Shown: positions 1-9,331 of the stretch, one piece after another
How the letters are laid out: the number at the start of each line of letters is the position of its first letter
How positions within the stretch are numbered: position 1 is the first letter of the stretch
NCBI GenBank assembly: GCA_963675295.2
Contig: CAXXKJ010000002.1
Location: 2,688,001 to 2,752,000, forward strand
Direction: 5' to 3'
Source of the DNA: a bacterium
Lineage (GTDB): Bacteria > Electryoneota > Electryoneia > Electryoneales > Electryoneaceae
DNA length: 64,000 nt
The notes under the pieces: model-generated
The model's input: the letters and a program-made list of their open reading frames with translations, nothing else
Databases searched by the model: none
What the model was told of the DNA's origin: nothing
Program-made: the position numbers and the translations under genes

Positions 1-388
1 CTCCCGCGAGCAGTCCGCCAATCGTGCCGGGGTAATCCATGGGCCAGTGTTCGAGCATCAGTCCGGCATGTTCGACGACTTCGCCCACGGCACTGACCGG
101 CACGCCGGCCTCTACCTCGATGACCATGTCCACGCCACTGGCCTCAGACATTCCCCGCCGTGCAGATGACAGAACGGTCAACACTCCGCCCGGCACGTGG
201 TGTTCCTGCGAGAACGTATGCCCCCGCCCTACCGGCAGGATGCGCCACGAATGTTCCCGGCACCAGTTGACAATCTCGCTCACAGCTTCCGGGGAGTCGG
301 GAATGACAGTGGGGAATTCAACATCCGGCAAGACCATCTTGCCGAAGGTTTTCGTCAGATTATCGAGGATGCCCTGTGAGTCACTCAC
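1..388 (-). CDS. FAD-binding oxidoreductase (FAD_binding_4/GlcE-like), N-terminal part; runs off the window edge
   Basis: Not in the ORF track. Manual translation from a GTG overlapping the uppS stop (GTGA): MSDSQG...PDSPEAVSEIVNWCREHSWRILPVGRGH...IEVEAGVPV...PGTIGGLLAG, motifs typical of PCMH-type FAD-binding domains. Confidence 0.7.
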   Translation of the reverse strand, partial: MSDSQGILDNLTKTFGKMVLPDVEFPTVIPDSPEAVSEIVNWCREHSWRILPVGRGHTFSQEHHVPGGVLTVLSSARRGMSEASGVDMVIEVEAGVPVSAVGEVVEHAGLMLEHWPMDYPGTIGGLLAG

Positions 389-1173
389 GGCTCGACCAGT
401 TGTTCGCTCGTACAGCCGAAGCGTCGTTCACGGTGCTGGTAGTCGTAAATGGCTTCGAGCAGTTGCCGCCGGCGGAAATCCGGCCAGAAGGTTGGAGTGA
501 TGAACAGTTCGGAATAGGCGATCTGCCATATCAGGAAATTGCTGATGCGCCGTTCTCCGGACGTGCGAATCAGCAGATCCGGATCAGGCAGCCCGTGCGA
601 ATCCAGCTCGGCATTGAGTTGTTCTTCGGTGATCTCCGTCGCTCCCGCCGTGATCAGGCGGTTGACCGCGCGGACAATGTCCTGCCGCCCGGAATAGCTG
701 ATCGCCAGGGTGAGCACGAGGCCGTCATTTTTTGCCAGACGGTCCATCGCTGCTTCCAGTTCCCGCTTCGGAACATCCGGCAAATCATCCATGCAGCCGA
801 TGGTGCGGAGGGTGACGTTGTTGCTGTCGAGGTCGTCCACTTCCTTGCGGATCGTCGACACCAGCAATTGCATCAATGCGGAAACTTCGACCTTCGGCCG
901 TTTCCAGTTTTCCTTGGAAAAGGTAAAGAAGGTCATCGCCTCGGTGCCCAGTTCGACGCCGGCTTCCACCATTTCACGGACGGAAATGACCCCCTCGCGA
1001 TGGCCAAACACACGTGCGAGGTTCCGCTGTTTTGCCCAGCGGCCATTGCCGTCCATGATGAACGCGATGTGCTTCGGCATTTTGTCTGGATGGGTCAGAA
1101 TGTCCTGTTTCAGCAGGTCATCGTCCATCCCGGCAAGCGCCGGATTCGCGTATTTTTCCGCAAAAACCGCCAC
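385..1173 (-). CDS. uppS: Undecaprenyl diphosphate synthase (cis-prenyltransferase)
   Basis: PKHIAFIMDGNGRWA, FSKENWKRP, PDPDLLIRTSGERRISNFLIWQ motifs. Confidence 0.97.
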   Translation of the reverse strand: MAVFAEKYANPALAGMDDDLLKQDILTHPDKMPKHIAFIMDGNGRWAKQRNLARVFGHREGVISVREMVEAGVELGTEAMTFFTFSKENWKRPKVEVSALMQLLVSTIRKEVDDLDSNNVTLRTIGCMDDLPDVPKRELEAAMDRLAKNDGLVLTLAISYSGRQDIVRAVNRLITAGATEITEEQLNAELDSHGLPDPDLLIRTSGERRISNFLIWQIAYSELFITPTFWPDFRRRQLLEAIYDYQHRERRFGCTSEQLVEP

Positions 1174-1281
1174 GGGTCAACCGTTCTCCGCTACAGGTTC
1201 AAGCTGCAGGCCAAGCACGACGCAGCGAGACGAACGTAACCGTCCGCCTCGCCGCAATGCAATGCCAAGTTCAATACTCTC

Positions 1282-2376
1282 TTAGTTTTCCTGCTGCTGT
1301 AGTTCCACCAGGATCTTCGCCAGCGCGTCGGCTTCCTTCTCGAATCCGAGGTTGATCTCAGCGGCACGAAGCAGCATATACGGATCCATCGAGTTGACCA
1401 CGACGACATCTGCACTGACTTCGCCGTCCGGGAACAACCACGGCATCAGGATGTCAATAATAGTCTGGTACTTCTCCGCGCCGAGCATCGCACGAGCCGC
1501 GTTCAAACGGGCATCGTTGTCGCTGGGATTCAGTTCGATTGCTTTCAGGTACGCCATTCCCGCTTCGTCAAAGCGCTCGAGGCTGTGCAACAGGATCGCC
1601 TTGTTGAAGTAGAAGTCCGGGTTGTTCGGATCGCTTTCGATCGCGTCTTCCCATGTCGCAATCGCTTCGTCAACACGGTCAAGTTGCTGCAGCGCGAGGG
1701 CTTTCTTCTGAATGGTATCGCTGCGCATTTCGGCGCGGGCTTCATCCAGATCGCCCATCAATTCAGGCATCGCCAGCAGTTCGTCCGACAGCTCGATCAC
1801 ATCCTCGAACTGCTCCTTCTGCCAATAGAGCAGCAGCAGGTTGCGGCGCGAGGAAATGTCGCTTTCTTCGCCTTCACCCTCAATTGCGGCTTTCAGGTGT
1901 TTTTCCGCGAGGTCAAAGTTGTCCGTCTGCAGGTAGCAGAGGCCGAGGCGCTTGTGCGTTTCCTGGTCACCGGGCTTGATTACCAGCGCCGTCTGCAGGA
2001 TTTCAATCGCGCCTTCGTAGTTGCCTTCGTTGAACGGGGCAACCGCGGCATTGTACTTCAGCCGCCAGTTTTCGTAGCGGGTGTTCTCGATATCGCCATC
2101 AAACGCGGACGACAACTCCTCAGCCTTCTTGAACGCCGAGTCCATCTCATCCCACTCTTCCAGGTCGGCGTACACCTTACCAAGGACATACCACAGTTCC
2201 GGATCGTTCGGTGTGGCTTCCGCGCCTTCCAGCAAGACGTCCTTCGCGTTTTCCGGATCACCCTGCTGCATGTAAATCTTGGCGGACCGGACATGCGTGC
2301 TCTGGCAACCCGCGAACACGAATACCAACAGGACAAACAAAGTGATGGCCGCTTGGCGACCCGTCAGGATGCGCAT
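1282..2376 (-). CDS. TPR-repeat lipoprotein
   Basis: Signal peptide with lipobox FAGC; multiple TPR repeats. Start moved to the ATG at 2376 behind a GAGAGGGG RBS. Confidence 0.85.
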   Translation of the reverse strand: MRILTGRQAAITLFVLLVFVFAGCQSTHVRSAKIYMQQGDPENAKDVLLEGAEATPNDPELWYVLGKVYADLEEWDEMDSAFKKAEELSSAFDGDIENTRYENWRLKYNAAVAPFNEGNYEGAIEILQTALVIKPGDQETHKRLGLCYLQTDNFDLAEKHLKAAIEGEGEESDISSRRNLLLLYWQKEQFEDVIELSDELLAMPELMGDLDEARAEMRSDTIQKKALALQQLDRVDEAIATWEDAIESDPNNPDFYFNKAILLHSLERFDEAGMAYLKAIELNPSDNDARLNAARAMLGAEKYQTIIDILMPWLFPDGEVSADVVVVNSMDPYMLLRAAEINLGFEKEADALAKILVELQQQEN

Positions 2377-2481
2377 GATCCCCTCTCCACGTAAGACCGC
2401 GCGATGCAGTATCAACAGTTCCGTTGTGAAAAATCTGTCAAACCTATAGCATGCAAATATATCCGGCGGTTGGAAAAGCTG

Positions 2482-3492
2482 TCAAGACTTTCCCGCCGGA
2501 AACTCGCAGGGCGGATAAAATACGCCATCTTCACGAATGAATGCTGTGATCAGCTCCACCGGGGTCACGTCAAATGCCGGATTGAACACATTGACGCCCT
2601 TTGGACTGATCTGTGTCCCTCTATAAGTACGAACTTCGTCCGGGTGGCGTTCCTCAACCGGGATCGATTCTCCCGTCGGCAGAGACAGGTCGAAGGTCGA
2701 ACTCGGGGCAGCAACATAGAATGGAATCTTGAACCGGTTGGCAAGCACGGCAAGCTGGAATGTGCCGATCTTGTTCGCCGTGTCGCCGTTTGCCGCGACA
2801 CGATCCGCGCCGAGGATCACCAGGTCAACCTTTCCGGATTGCATCAGGCTACCCGCGGCGCTGTCGCTGAGCAATGTACCCGGGATGCCGAGTTTCCCCA
2901 GCTCCCACATGGTCAGCCGAGCACCCTGCCCGAGCGGACGGGCTTCGCAGGCATAGACGTGATCCAGCCTGTTCTGCTCGTGCGCAAGCCGCAGAACGCC
3001 CAGCGCGGTACCGATGCCGTAGGTGACGAGGAAACCGGTGTTGCAATGGGTTAGCGCCCGTGCGCCGTCCGGGATCAACCGTTGCCCATGCTCGGCCATC
3101 TGGTCGCACATGAGCGCGTCTTCATCAGCGATCGCGGTCGTCTCAGCTTGCAACGCGGCGTGAATCTCATCCCGGGAAGCAAGTTCGTCGATTTGTCCTC
3201 GAAGCCGATTCACCGCCCACGCGAGGTTGACGGCGGTCGGCCGGGCGTTGGCGATGGCGTCTGTCGCGTCCTGAAACTCGGAGTCGGTCAAGCTGGATTT
3301 GTGCGCCAACACCACCGCGCACGCTCCCGCGACACCGATGGCTGGCGCGCCACGGATCGCGAGACGTTTGATCGCATCGACGACGACGGTCCAGTCCTCC
3401 GTCCTGATCCACGTTTCCTCGTGCGGAAGCAGGGTCTGTTCGATGAACTCGAGGGCTTTCCCGTCCCATCTCAGGCCGCGCAGGTCGTCCAT
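2482..3492 (-). CDS. mtnA: S-methyl-5-thioribose-1-phosphate isomerase
   Basis: IRGAPAIG, ARPTAVNL, THCNTG, GADRVAANGDTANKIGT, NPAFDVTP motifs. Confidence 0.95.
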   Translation of the reverse strand: MDDLRGLRWDGKALEFIEQTLLPHEETWIRTEDWTVVVDAIKRLAIRGAPAIGVAGACAVVLAHKSSLTDSEFQDATDAIANARPTAVNLAWAVNRLRGQIDELASRDEIHAALQAETTAIADEDALMCDQMAEHGQRLIPDGARALTHCNTGFLVTYGIGTALGVLRLAHEQNRLDHVYACEARPLGQGARLTMWELGKLGIPGTLLSDSAAGSLMQSGKVDLVILGADRVAANGDTANKIGTFQLAVLANRFKIPFYVAAPSSTFDLSLPTGESIPVEERHPDEVRTYRGTQISPKGVNVFNPAFDVTPVELITAFIREDGVFYPPCEFPAGKS

Positions 3493-3493
3493 C

Positions 3494-4408
3494 TCAGAAC
3501 CTCGTCATCGCGCGCAGTTCATCGACACGGGCGGCCAGTTCCTCCCGCTGAACCTTCTGAATCCGGTTCAGGGAAAAGTCTTCGACCGTCGTAGACGCGA
3601 CCACGGTGCCGTGCACGATGGCGTTTCGCCACGCATTCGCATCGTCCAGATCCGCGCTGGCGAGATATCCAAGAAAACCGCCAGCGAACGAGTCGCCCGC
3701 GCCGGTCGGGTCAATCACTTTACGCACCGGATACGCTGGCATGAAGAACGGTGCTGCATTCTGGTGGAACAGGATCGCACCATGCTGGCCTTTCTTGACC
3801 ACCAGCGCCCTGAGGCCTCGCGCGAGCAGATCATCCGCTGCGTCGAAGATGTTGCTACGGTTCGTCAGCTCGATCGCCTCTTCGTCGTTTACCAGTAGCA
3901 CGTCACAGCGCTGAATGACTTCGCGCAGGGAGTCCGGGGTGCCGTGAATCCAGAAGTTCATCGTGTCGAGTACGACGAGTTCCGGTTTCTCGATCTGGTC
4001 GAGCACCCGCAACTGCAGGTCTGGATGGATGTTGCCGAGGAATACGAGTGGCGTCGAACGGAAATGGTCCGGAATCTTCGGTTCGAAGGTTTCGAACACG
4101 CCGAGCTTGGTGAACAAGGTCTCGCGCTGGTTCGGATCGTCCATGTAGCGTCCGCCCCAACGGAACGTTTCGCCTTCCGCGATTTCGAGGCCGGTGGTAT
4201 CCACCGGGCGACCGTCGAGGAACGCGATCTTCTCTTTCGGGAAGTCGCTACCGACAACAGCGACAAGCCGTACGGATGTGAACAGGCTGGCGGCGGTTGA
4301 AAAGTAGAACGACGATCCACCAAGGGCGTCTTCCGCGCTGCCGACGGGCGTGTGAATGGTGTCCAGTGCGGCTGAGCCGACGACCAGGACAGGCTTTCCT
4401 TGATCCAT
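3494..4408 (-). CDS. PfkB/ribokinase-family carbohydrate or nucleoside kinase
   Basis: C-terminal DPTGAGDSFAGG signature; N-terminal VVGSAALDTI...LGGS. Confidence 0.93.
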   Translation of the reverse strand: MDQGKPVLVVGSAALDTIHTPVGSAEDALGGSSFYFSTAASLFTSVRLVAVVGSDFPKEKIAFLDGRPVDTTGLEIAEGETFRWGGRYMDDPNQRETLFTKLGVFETFEPKIPDHFRSTPLVFLGNIHPDLQLRVLDQIEKPELVVLDTMNFWIHGTPDSLREVIQRCDVLLVNDEEAIELTNRSNIFDAADDLLARGLRALVVKKGQHGAILFHQNAAPFFMPAYPVRKVIDPTGAGDSFAGGFLGYLASADLDDANAWRNAIVHGTVVASTTVEDFSLNRIQKVQREELAARVDELRAMTRF

Positions 4409-4420
4409 GAATTCTTCTTT

Positions 4421-6010
4421 CTACATGCGTTCGGGGGCTTCTACACCTAGCAGGTGCAGGCCTTCTTTCAGCACGATGCCCGTTGCCTCAACCAGCGCCG
4501 CGCGAGCATTGGAAACCGCCTCAGGTTCACCGATGACGTGGCAGGCGGTGTAAAACTTGTGGAACCGGTTGGCGAGTTCTTCGAGATAGCCGACGATGCG
4601 CTGCGGCTCCTGTGCCTCTGCCGCCCGTTCGATAGCGTCCGAAAACTGTTCGAGATGCTTGATCAGTTCAAGTTCCTCGGGAGCGGTCAACGGGTCTAGC
4701 TGCGTATCAGGTGACGGAACCGGCGCGCCTTCCTGTCGCAGAATACCACGAATTCTTGTGTGCGCGTACTGAATGTAATAGACAGGGTTTTGGTCGCTCT
4801 GTTCAAGTGCTAGATCAAGGTCGAATTCCAGCGGCGAGGACGTTTTCCGTTGCAGGAAGAAGTAGCGGGCGACATCGACGCCGACCTCGTCCAGCAATTC
4901 GCTGAGCTGAATCAACTTCCCCGCGCGCTTGGACATTTTGACTCGTTCGCCGTCACGGAGCAAATGAACCTGCTGTACGATCAGCACGCTAAGGAAGCCC
5001 TCGTGTCCGAGCGCCTTCAACGCGGCCTGCATCCGGTTGACGTAGTCGTGATGGTCCGGGCCGAGCAGGTCAATGGCATTGTTCGCGCGCCCGGCTTTGT
5101 TCAGGTGGTACGCGATGTCCGGCAGCAGGTAGGTTGGACGGCCCTCGCTGGTAATGATCACCCGGTCCTCTTCGTCCCCGAACTCGCTGCCCTTGAACCA
5201 CGTCGCGCCGTCCTTTTCATAGACCGCACCAGCGGCTTTCAGGGCTTCCAAGGCCTGATCGGGATCACCGCCGGCATGCAGCTCACTCTCCCGGAACCAG
5301 CGGTCGAATTCGACACGGTAGCTGCTGAGTACGGCCTGCTGTGTCGCGACGTTGAACTCTGCCGCCAGCTTGCCGATCTCGTCCGGGTCGTCGTTGGGTG
5401 ACGGTTGGCGTTCCGCAAACACCTTCTGTGCCAGCTCGACGACATCGTCGCCGTGATAACCGTCCTCAGGGACCTCCTCCCCGAGTGCCCGGGCAATAAC
5501 GCTCATCCCGAGGCGGCGGATCTGCCGGCCGGCATCATTGACGTAGAATTCCGCCATCGCGGTGTAGCCAGCCTTACGCAGCACGCGGACGAGGCTGTCG
5601 CCGATCGCTGCAGCACGTGCGCTGACAATATTCAGCGGGCCGGTCGGGTTGGCGCTGACGAATTCGACGAGCACACGCTGGCCGTTCCCGGCGTCCGATG
5701 AACCGAAGCTCTCGCCCTGCTCGAGGATCTGGCGGACGATGTTCTGGTAGTAACGCGGGCCGATCCAGACGTTCACGAATCCCGGGCCGGCGACTTCAGC
5801 CTTCTCGAGGCCGAACTCGTCCAGGTTGATGGCGTCCACGATCTGCTGCGCCAGTTCGCGCGGATTCTTCCCGGCACGTTTGGCGACAATCATCGCGGCA
5901 TTGGTCGACAGATCGCCCTGTACAGTGTGTTTTGGCACCGACCAGCGAATGTCCACATCCGGGCCAATAAAGGGCTGCAGAACGCCGTTCAGCCGTTCCT
6001 TCAGGTTCAT
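4421..6010 (-). CDS. argS: Arginine--tRNA ligase
   Basis: GDLSTNAAM, VEFVSANPTGPL, KMSKRAG, YIQYAHTRI and terminal APERM. Start taken at MNLKERL (6010). Confidence 0.97.
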   Translation of the reverse strand: MNLKERLNGVLQPFIGPDVDIRWSVPKHTVQGDLSTNAAMIVAKRAGKNPRELAQQIVDAINLDEFGLEKAEVAGPGFVNVWIGPRYYQNIVRQILEQGESFGSSDAGNGQRVLVEFVSANPTGPLNIVSARAAAIGDSLVRVLRKAGYTAMAEFYVNDAGRQIRRLGMSVIARALGEEVPEDGYHGDDVVELAQKVFAERQPSPNDDPDEIGKLAAEFNVATQQAVLSSYRVEFDRWFRESELHAGGDPDQALEALKAAGAVYEKDGATWFKGSEFGDEEDRVIITSEGRPTYLLPDIAYHLNKAGRANNAIDLLGPDHHDYVNRMQAALKALGHEGFLSVLIVQQVHLLRDGERVKMSKRAGKLIQLSELLDEVGVDVARYFFLQRKTSSPLEFDLDLALEQSDQNPVYYIQYAHTRIRGILRQEGAPVPSPDTQLDPLTAPEELELIKHLEQFSDAIERAAEAQEPQRIVGYLEELANRFHKFYTACHVIGEPEAVSNARAALVEATGIVLKEGLHLLGVEAPERM

Positions 6011-6044
6011 CGTTGAATCTCTCTCCGAATCGCAGGGAATGCAG

Positions 6045-6416
6045 TCAGGACTGCGGGATTTCGTCCGGATCGGAAACGTATTCCGTCGGTGCGTCGCCCC
6101 ACAGTTTTTCCAACTGATAGTAGTCACGGGCTTCGCGCTGGAACACGTGCAGCACGACCTCGCCGAGGTCCATCAGCACCCAGTTGAGATACTGCCGTCC
6201 TTCAACGCTCAGGGGACGAATGTGATCATCCGATTTGCGTAATTCACGCTCGACATGATCAACGATGGCGCGAGTGTGCACGTCCACAGACCCAGTCGCG
6301 ATGACAAAGTAGTCCGCGAGGGTGGTGAGCTTGCGCAGGTCGAGAATCTGAATATTCTCGGCCTGCTTATCCAAAGCGAGTTCCGCGACTTTGCGCGCGA
6401 GCTGGTGGGAAGTCAA
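6045..6416 (-). CDS. rsfS: Ribosome silencing factor
   Basis: DKQAENIQILDL, ADYFVIATG, WVLMDLGEVVLHVF, REYYQLEKLW-type motif. Confidence 0.96.
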   Translation of the reverse strand: MTSHQLARKVAELALDKQAENIQILDLRKLTTLADYFVIATGSVDVHTRAIVDHVERELRKSDDHIRPLSVEGRQYLNWVLMDLGEVVLHVFQREARDYYQLEKLWGDAPTEYVSDPDEIPQS

Positions 6417-6418
6417 TG

Positions 6419-7003
6419 TCAGGGCTGGAGGTTAAGTGATTCGTGATCTTTACCCAGGATCAGCGAGACATCCACATCAACGAGCTGCGGGTTCGCTTCC
6501 TCAGTAATCCTTTCTTCCGGAATGCCGAGTGTGGCGGCGAGACGGCGGGCAACGCCCGGCATCGTCATCCGATCCACGATCCAGCTTTCCGTGTAGTTGT
6601 GGTGCGGCGCGTTACGCGTGTCACGGACGTCGTACCCGATGTCACGCAGCACCCGGGCGTACTGCCCGGCAAGTCCGGAGACACCACAGCCGTTGAGGAT
6701 CTCCACACGTACCGGTGTTTCTTCGTCCACCTCCGGCGGCAATTCGCCTTCGGAAGCCGAAACGTCCGGTTCCGCATCGTTCGTCATCATGGCCGCATCA
6801 TCCATCTCGACAGGCTCTTCAATCGCCTGGTTGTCGGCCATCTGGTGACTGTCCGATTCGCCGAACTCCACGTCGAACAGTTCAAATCCGAGCAGCACGA
6901 GCAGTAAAACGAGCTGCACTACGACCAGCATGGTCAGAGTGCTAACCCGCTTTTCCAGGTCTGCCGCCGTCTTTTTTCCTGGCATTGCCGGTACGCGATT
7001 CAT
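6419..7003 (-). CDS. Membrane-anchored LytR C-terminal domain protein
   Basis: N-terminal TM helix; VRVEILNGCGVSGLA...DVSLILGKD is the LytR_C pattern. Confidence 0.88.
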   Translation of the reverse strand: MNRVPAMPGKKTAADLEKRVSTLTMLVVVQLVLLLVLLGFELFDVEFGESDSHQMADNQAIEEPVEMDDAAMMTNDAEPDVSASEGELPPEVDEETPVRVEILNGCGVSGLAGQYARVLRDIGYDVRDTRNAPHHNYTESWIVDRMTMPGVARRLAATLGIPEERITEEANPQLVDVDVSLILGKDHESLNLQP

Positions 7004-7091
7004 TCGCTTCCGGCCCTCCCCGGTCGTCCATGTGTGATGAAACTACTGTCTCCCGCGCCCGCCACACTGCAACAGCAAGTCGGAACCGGCA

Positions 7092-7679
7092 TCAACGATT
7101 GCGGATATCCGGTCCGAAGAAGGGGTCATCAAAACGGCTGAACATACTGCCGTAACCATAGCCATACCCGTAACCGTACCCGTACGGGCTGCCGTAGCCG
7201 TACATCCCCGGCGCATTACGGTTAACGCTGATCTGAATCCGCATGTTGTCGCGCGGCTTCCAGATCAAATCCGCTCCGCCGAACAGCTCGGCGTTGTTGA
7301 AGAACGAACTCATCGCGCTCTGGCCCGGCTGCGTCATCGCGCCAGTGGTCGCGTACGGATTGTTCGTCACACCCGTGCGCAGCTGCAGCAACACCGGCGC
7401 ACTGAACCGGTAGCTCAGCGTGTTCATGTAATAGCCCTGGGTGTAGCCGTGCCCACCCGAGGACATGTAACCCATCCCGACTGAATGGCTCATCTGAATC
7501 CGGGATGGATCGAGAATTCCGTTAAAGCCGTAGCCGGTGTTAACATCCGGAACACGCAGAGTTTCGCTGGTGGTCGGTCCTTCCGGGGCGTCACGATACG
7601 GCGCCTGCGCCTGGGCAGAGCCCAGCCACAACATGGCCAACAGCGTGCACAACGTGATCGCAACGGGTAACCGTCTCAT
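7092..7679 (-). CDS. Secreted hypothetical protein
   Basis: Signal peptide (AQA), GGAGG RBS, beta-strand-like segments and a C-terminal YG repeat. Confidence 0.75.
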   Translation of the reverse strand: MRRLPVAITLCTLLAMLWLGSAQAQAPYRDAPEGPTTSETLRVPDVNTGYGFNGILDPSRIQMSHSVGMGYMSSGGHGYTQGYYMNTLSYRFSAPVLLQLRTGVTNNPYATTGAMTQPGQSAMSSFFNNAELFGGADLIWKPRDNMRIQISVNRNAPGMYGYGSPYGYGYGYGYGYGSMFSRFDDPFFGPDIRNR

Positions 7680-7730
7680 GGGAACCTCCGTGTTTCCAGC
7701 TCGAAAAGTAACCCCACGGCGCGAGATGAA

Positions 7731-8483
7731 TCAAGCGGACTCTTGCCGTTGCCGCCAAATCCGTTCCGCGGCAGCGAGATCCTCGGGAGTGTTCACCCCG
7801 TGGATTTCGTCAAACTCCGCCACCCACGCCGATACGGGCATCTTTTGCTTGAAGAACGATTCAAAGACGTCTGTTAGATAATACTCGCCTTGCGCATTTT
7901 CGTTTCGGAGCGCGTGGAGTTCCGGGAACAGGTGCTTCGCGTCATACAGGTAGATCCCGGAGTTGATCTCGGGGATCTCACGCTCGGCATCGGTGCAATC
8001 CTTGTGTTCACGGATGGCGTTGACGTTGCCGTCTTCGTCACGCAGTACGCGTCCATACCCGGTCGGATCGGGCGCATTGGCGGTGATCACGGTCGCGACA
8101 ACACCCTTTTTCCTGTGATGTTCGGCGACGTTGCGGATCGTCTCTTCGCTCAGCAACGGAACATCGCCGGAGAGGACGAGGATCTCGCCCTCGTAGTCGT
8201 CAAGCTTCTCCTCGGCCATCATCGCCGCATGGCCTGTACCCAGCAGTTCGGACTGGATCGCGTACTCCACCCCAGCCGCTTCGACGACGGGGATGGTCAG
8301 CTCTTTCTTGTGGCCGACGATGACCACGATACGGTCCGCACCGCTGGATTTTGCTTGTTGGATGACATGGGCGAGCATCGGTTGACCGCCGATCGGATGC
8401 AGCACTTTCGGCAGATCGGAGTGCATTCGTTTTCCGGCACCAGCAGCGAGGATGATCGCCGCCAGTTTCCGTCCTTCCGTCAT
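7731..8483 (-). CDS. Sugar-phosphate nucleotidyltransferase (GlmU N-terminal uridyltransferase domain only)
   Basis: IILAAGAGKRMHSDLPKVLH, LGTGHA, GDVPLL, GYGRV, EINSGIY, NAQGEYYLTD. Ends at 250 aa with no left-handed beta-helix. Confidence 0.92.
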   Translation of the reverse strand: MTEGRKLAAIILAAGAGKRMHSDLPKVLHPIGGQPMLAHVIQQAKSSGADRIVVIVGHKKELTIPVVEAAGVEYAIQSELLGTGHAAMMAEEKLDDYEGEILVLSGDVPLLSEETIRNVAEHHRKKGVVATVITANAPDPTGYGRVLRDEDGNVNAIREHKDCTDAEREIPEINSGIYLYDAKHLFPELHALRNENAQGEYYLTDVFESFFKQKMPVSAWVAEFDEIHGVNTPEDLAAAERIWRQRQESA

Positions 8484-9331
8484 GAAATCTCCAGCAGGAT
8501 ATTGTCGATCAGTCGCACGTTTCCAAATCGAACCGCGAGGGCGAGCAGGGACGTTTCCTTCACTGTATCCACCGGTTCGAGGTTGTTCCAGCCGACGAGC
8601 TGGATGTAGTCCACCGTCGCGTCATCCGAATGTTGCAGGATATGCCGCCGGACCGCGCCGGTGAGTTTCTCTGCGCTACGTTCGCCCTGGTTAAACAGCT
8701 TTTGCGCCAGTTGCAGCCCTTCGTACAACACCGGAGCCTGCGAACGGTGCAGCGGTTTTAATCTCACATTCCGGCTGCTCATCGCGAGGCCGCTCGACTC
8801 CCTCAAAGTGTCCCCGAGCAGGATCTTGACGCCAAACTGCAGGTCATCGTTCAGCTGCATCAGGATACGGGCCTGCTGCGCATCTTTTCGGCCGAAAACA
8901 GCGACGTCCGGATTGACCACATTGAACAGCTTGCTGACGATGGTGGTTACGCCCTTGAAATGTCCGGGACGGTTGGCACCGCAGAGATGCTTACCGAGTT
9001 CATTCACCTCGACATAGGTCTTATAGCCCTGCGGATACATATCGTCAACTGATGGAATCCAGACCGCGTCGGCACCACGTTCCTCACACAGCCGCAGGTC
9101 GCGGTCCTCATCACGCGGGTAGCTGTCGAAATCTTCGCCCGGGCCGAACTGAGTAGGGTTGACAAAGATGCTGACGATGGTCTGGTCGGCGTGTTCGCGG
9201 GCGAGATCAACGAGGCTCAAGTGGGCTTCGTGCAGATACCCCATGGTCGGGATGAAGCCGATGGTTTTTCCGGCGGCGTGCTGCTCACGTGACCACAGGC
9301 GCACGCTTTCCGGTGAGGTCAGCAGCTTCAT
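8480..9331 (-). CDS. panC: Pantoate--beta-alanine ligase
   Basis: PTMGYLHEAH, SIFVNPTQF, RPGHFKGV, GLAMSSRN, RLIDN. Confidence 0.97.
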   Translation of the reverse strand: MKLLTSPESVRLWSREQHAAGKTIGFIPTMGYLHEAHLSLVDLAREHADQTIVSIFVNPTQFGPGEDFDSYPRDEDRDLRLCEERGADAVWIPSVDDMYPQGYKTYVEVNELGKHLCGANRPGHFKGVTTIVSKLFNVVNPDVAVFGRKDAQQARILMQLNDDLQFGVKILLGDTLRESSGLAMSSRNVRLKPLHRSQAPVLYEGLQLAQKLFNQGERSAEKLTGAVRRHILQHSDDATVDYIQLVGWNNLEPVDTVKETSLLALAVRFGNVRLIDNILLEIS

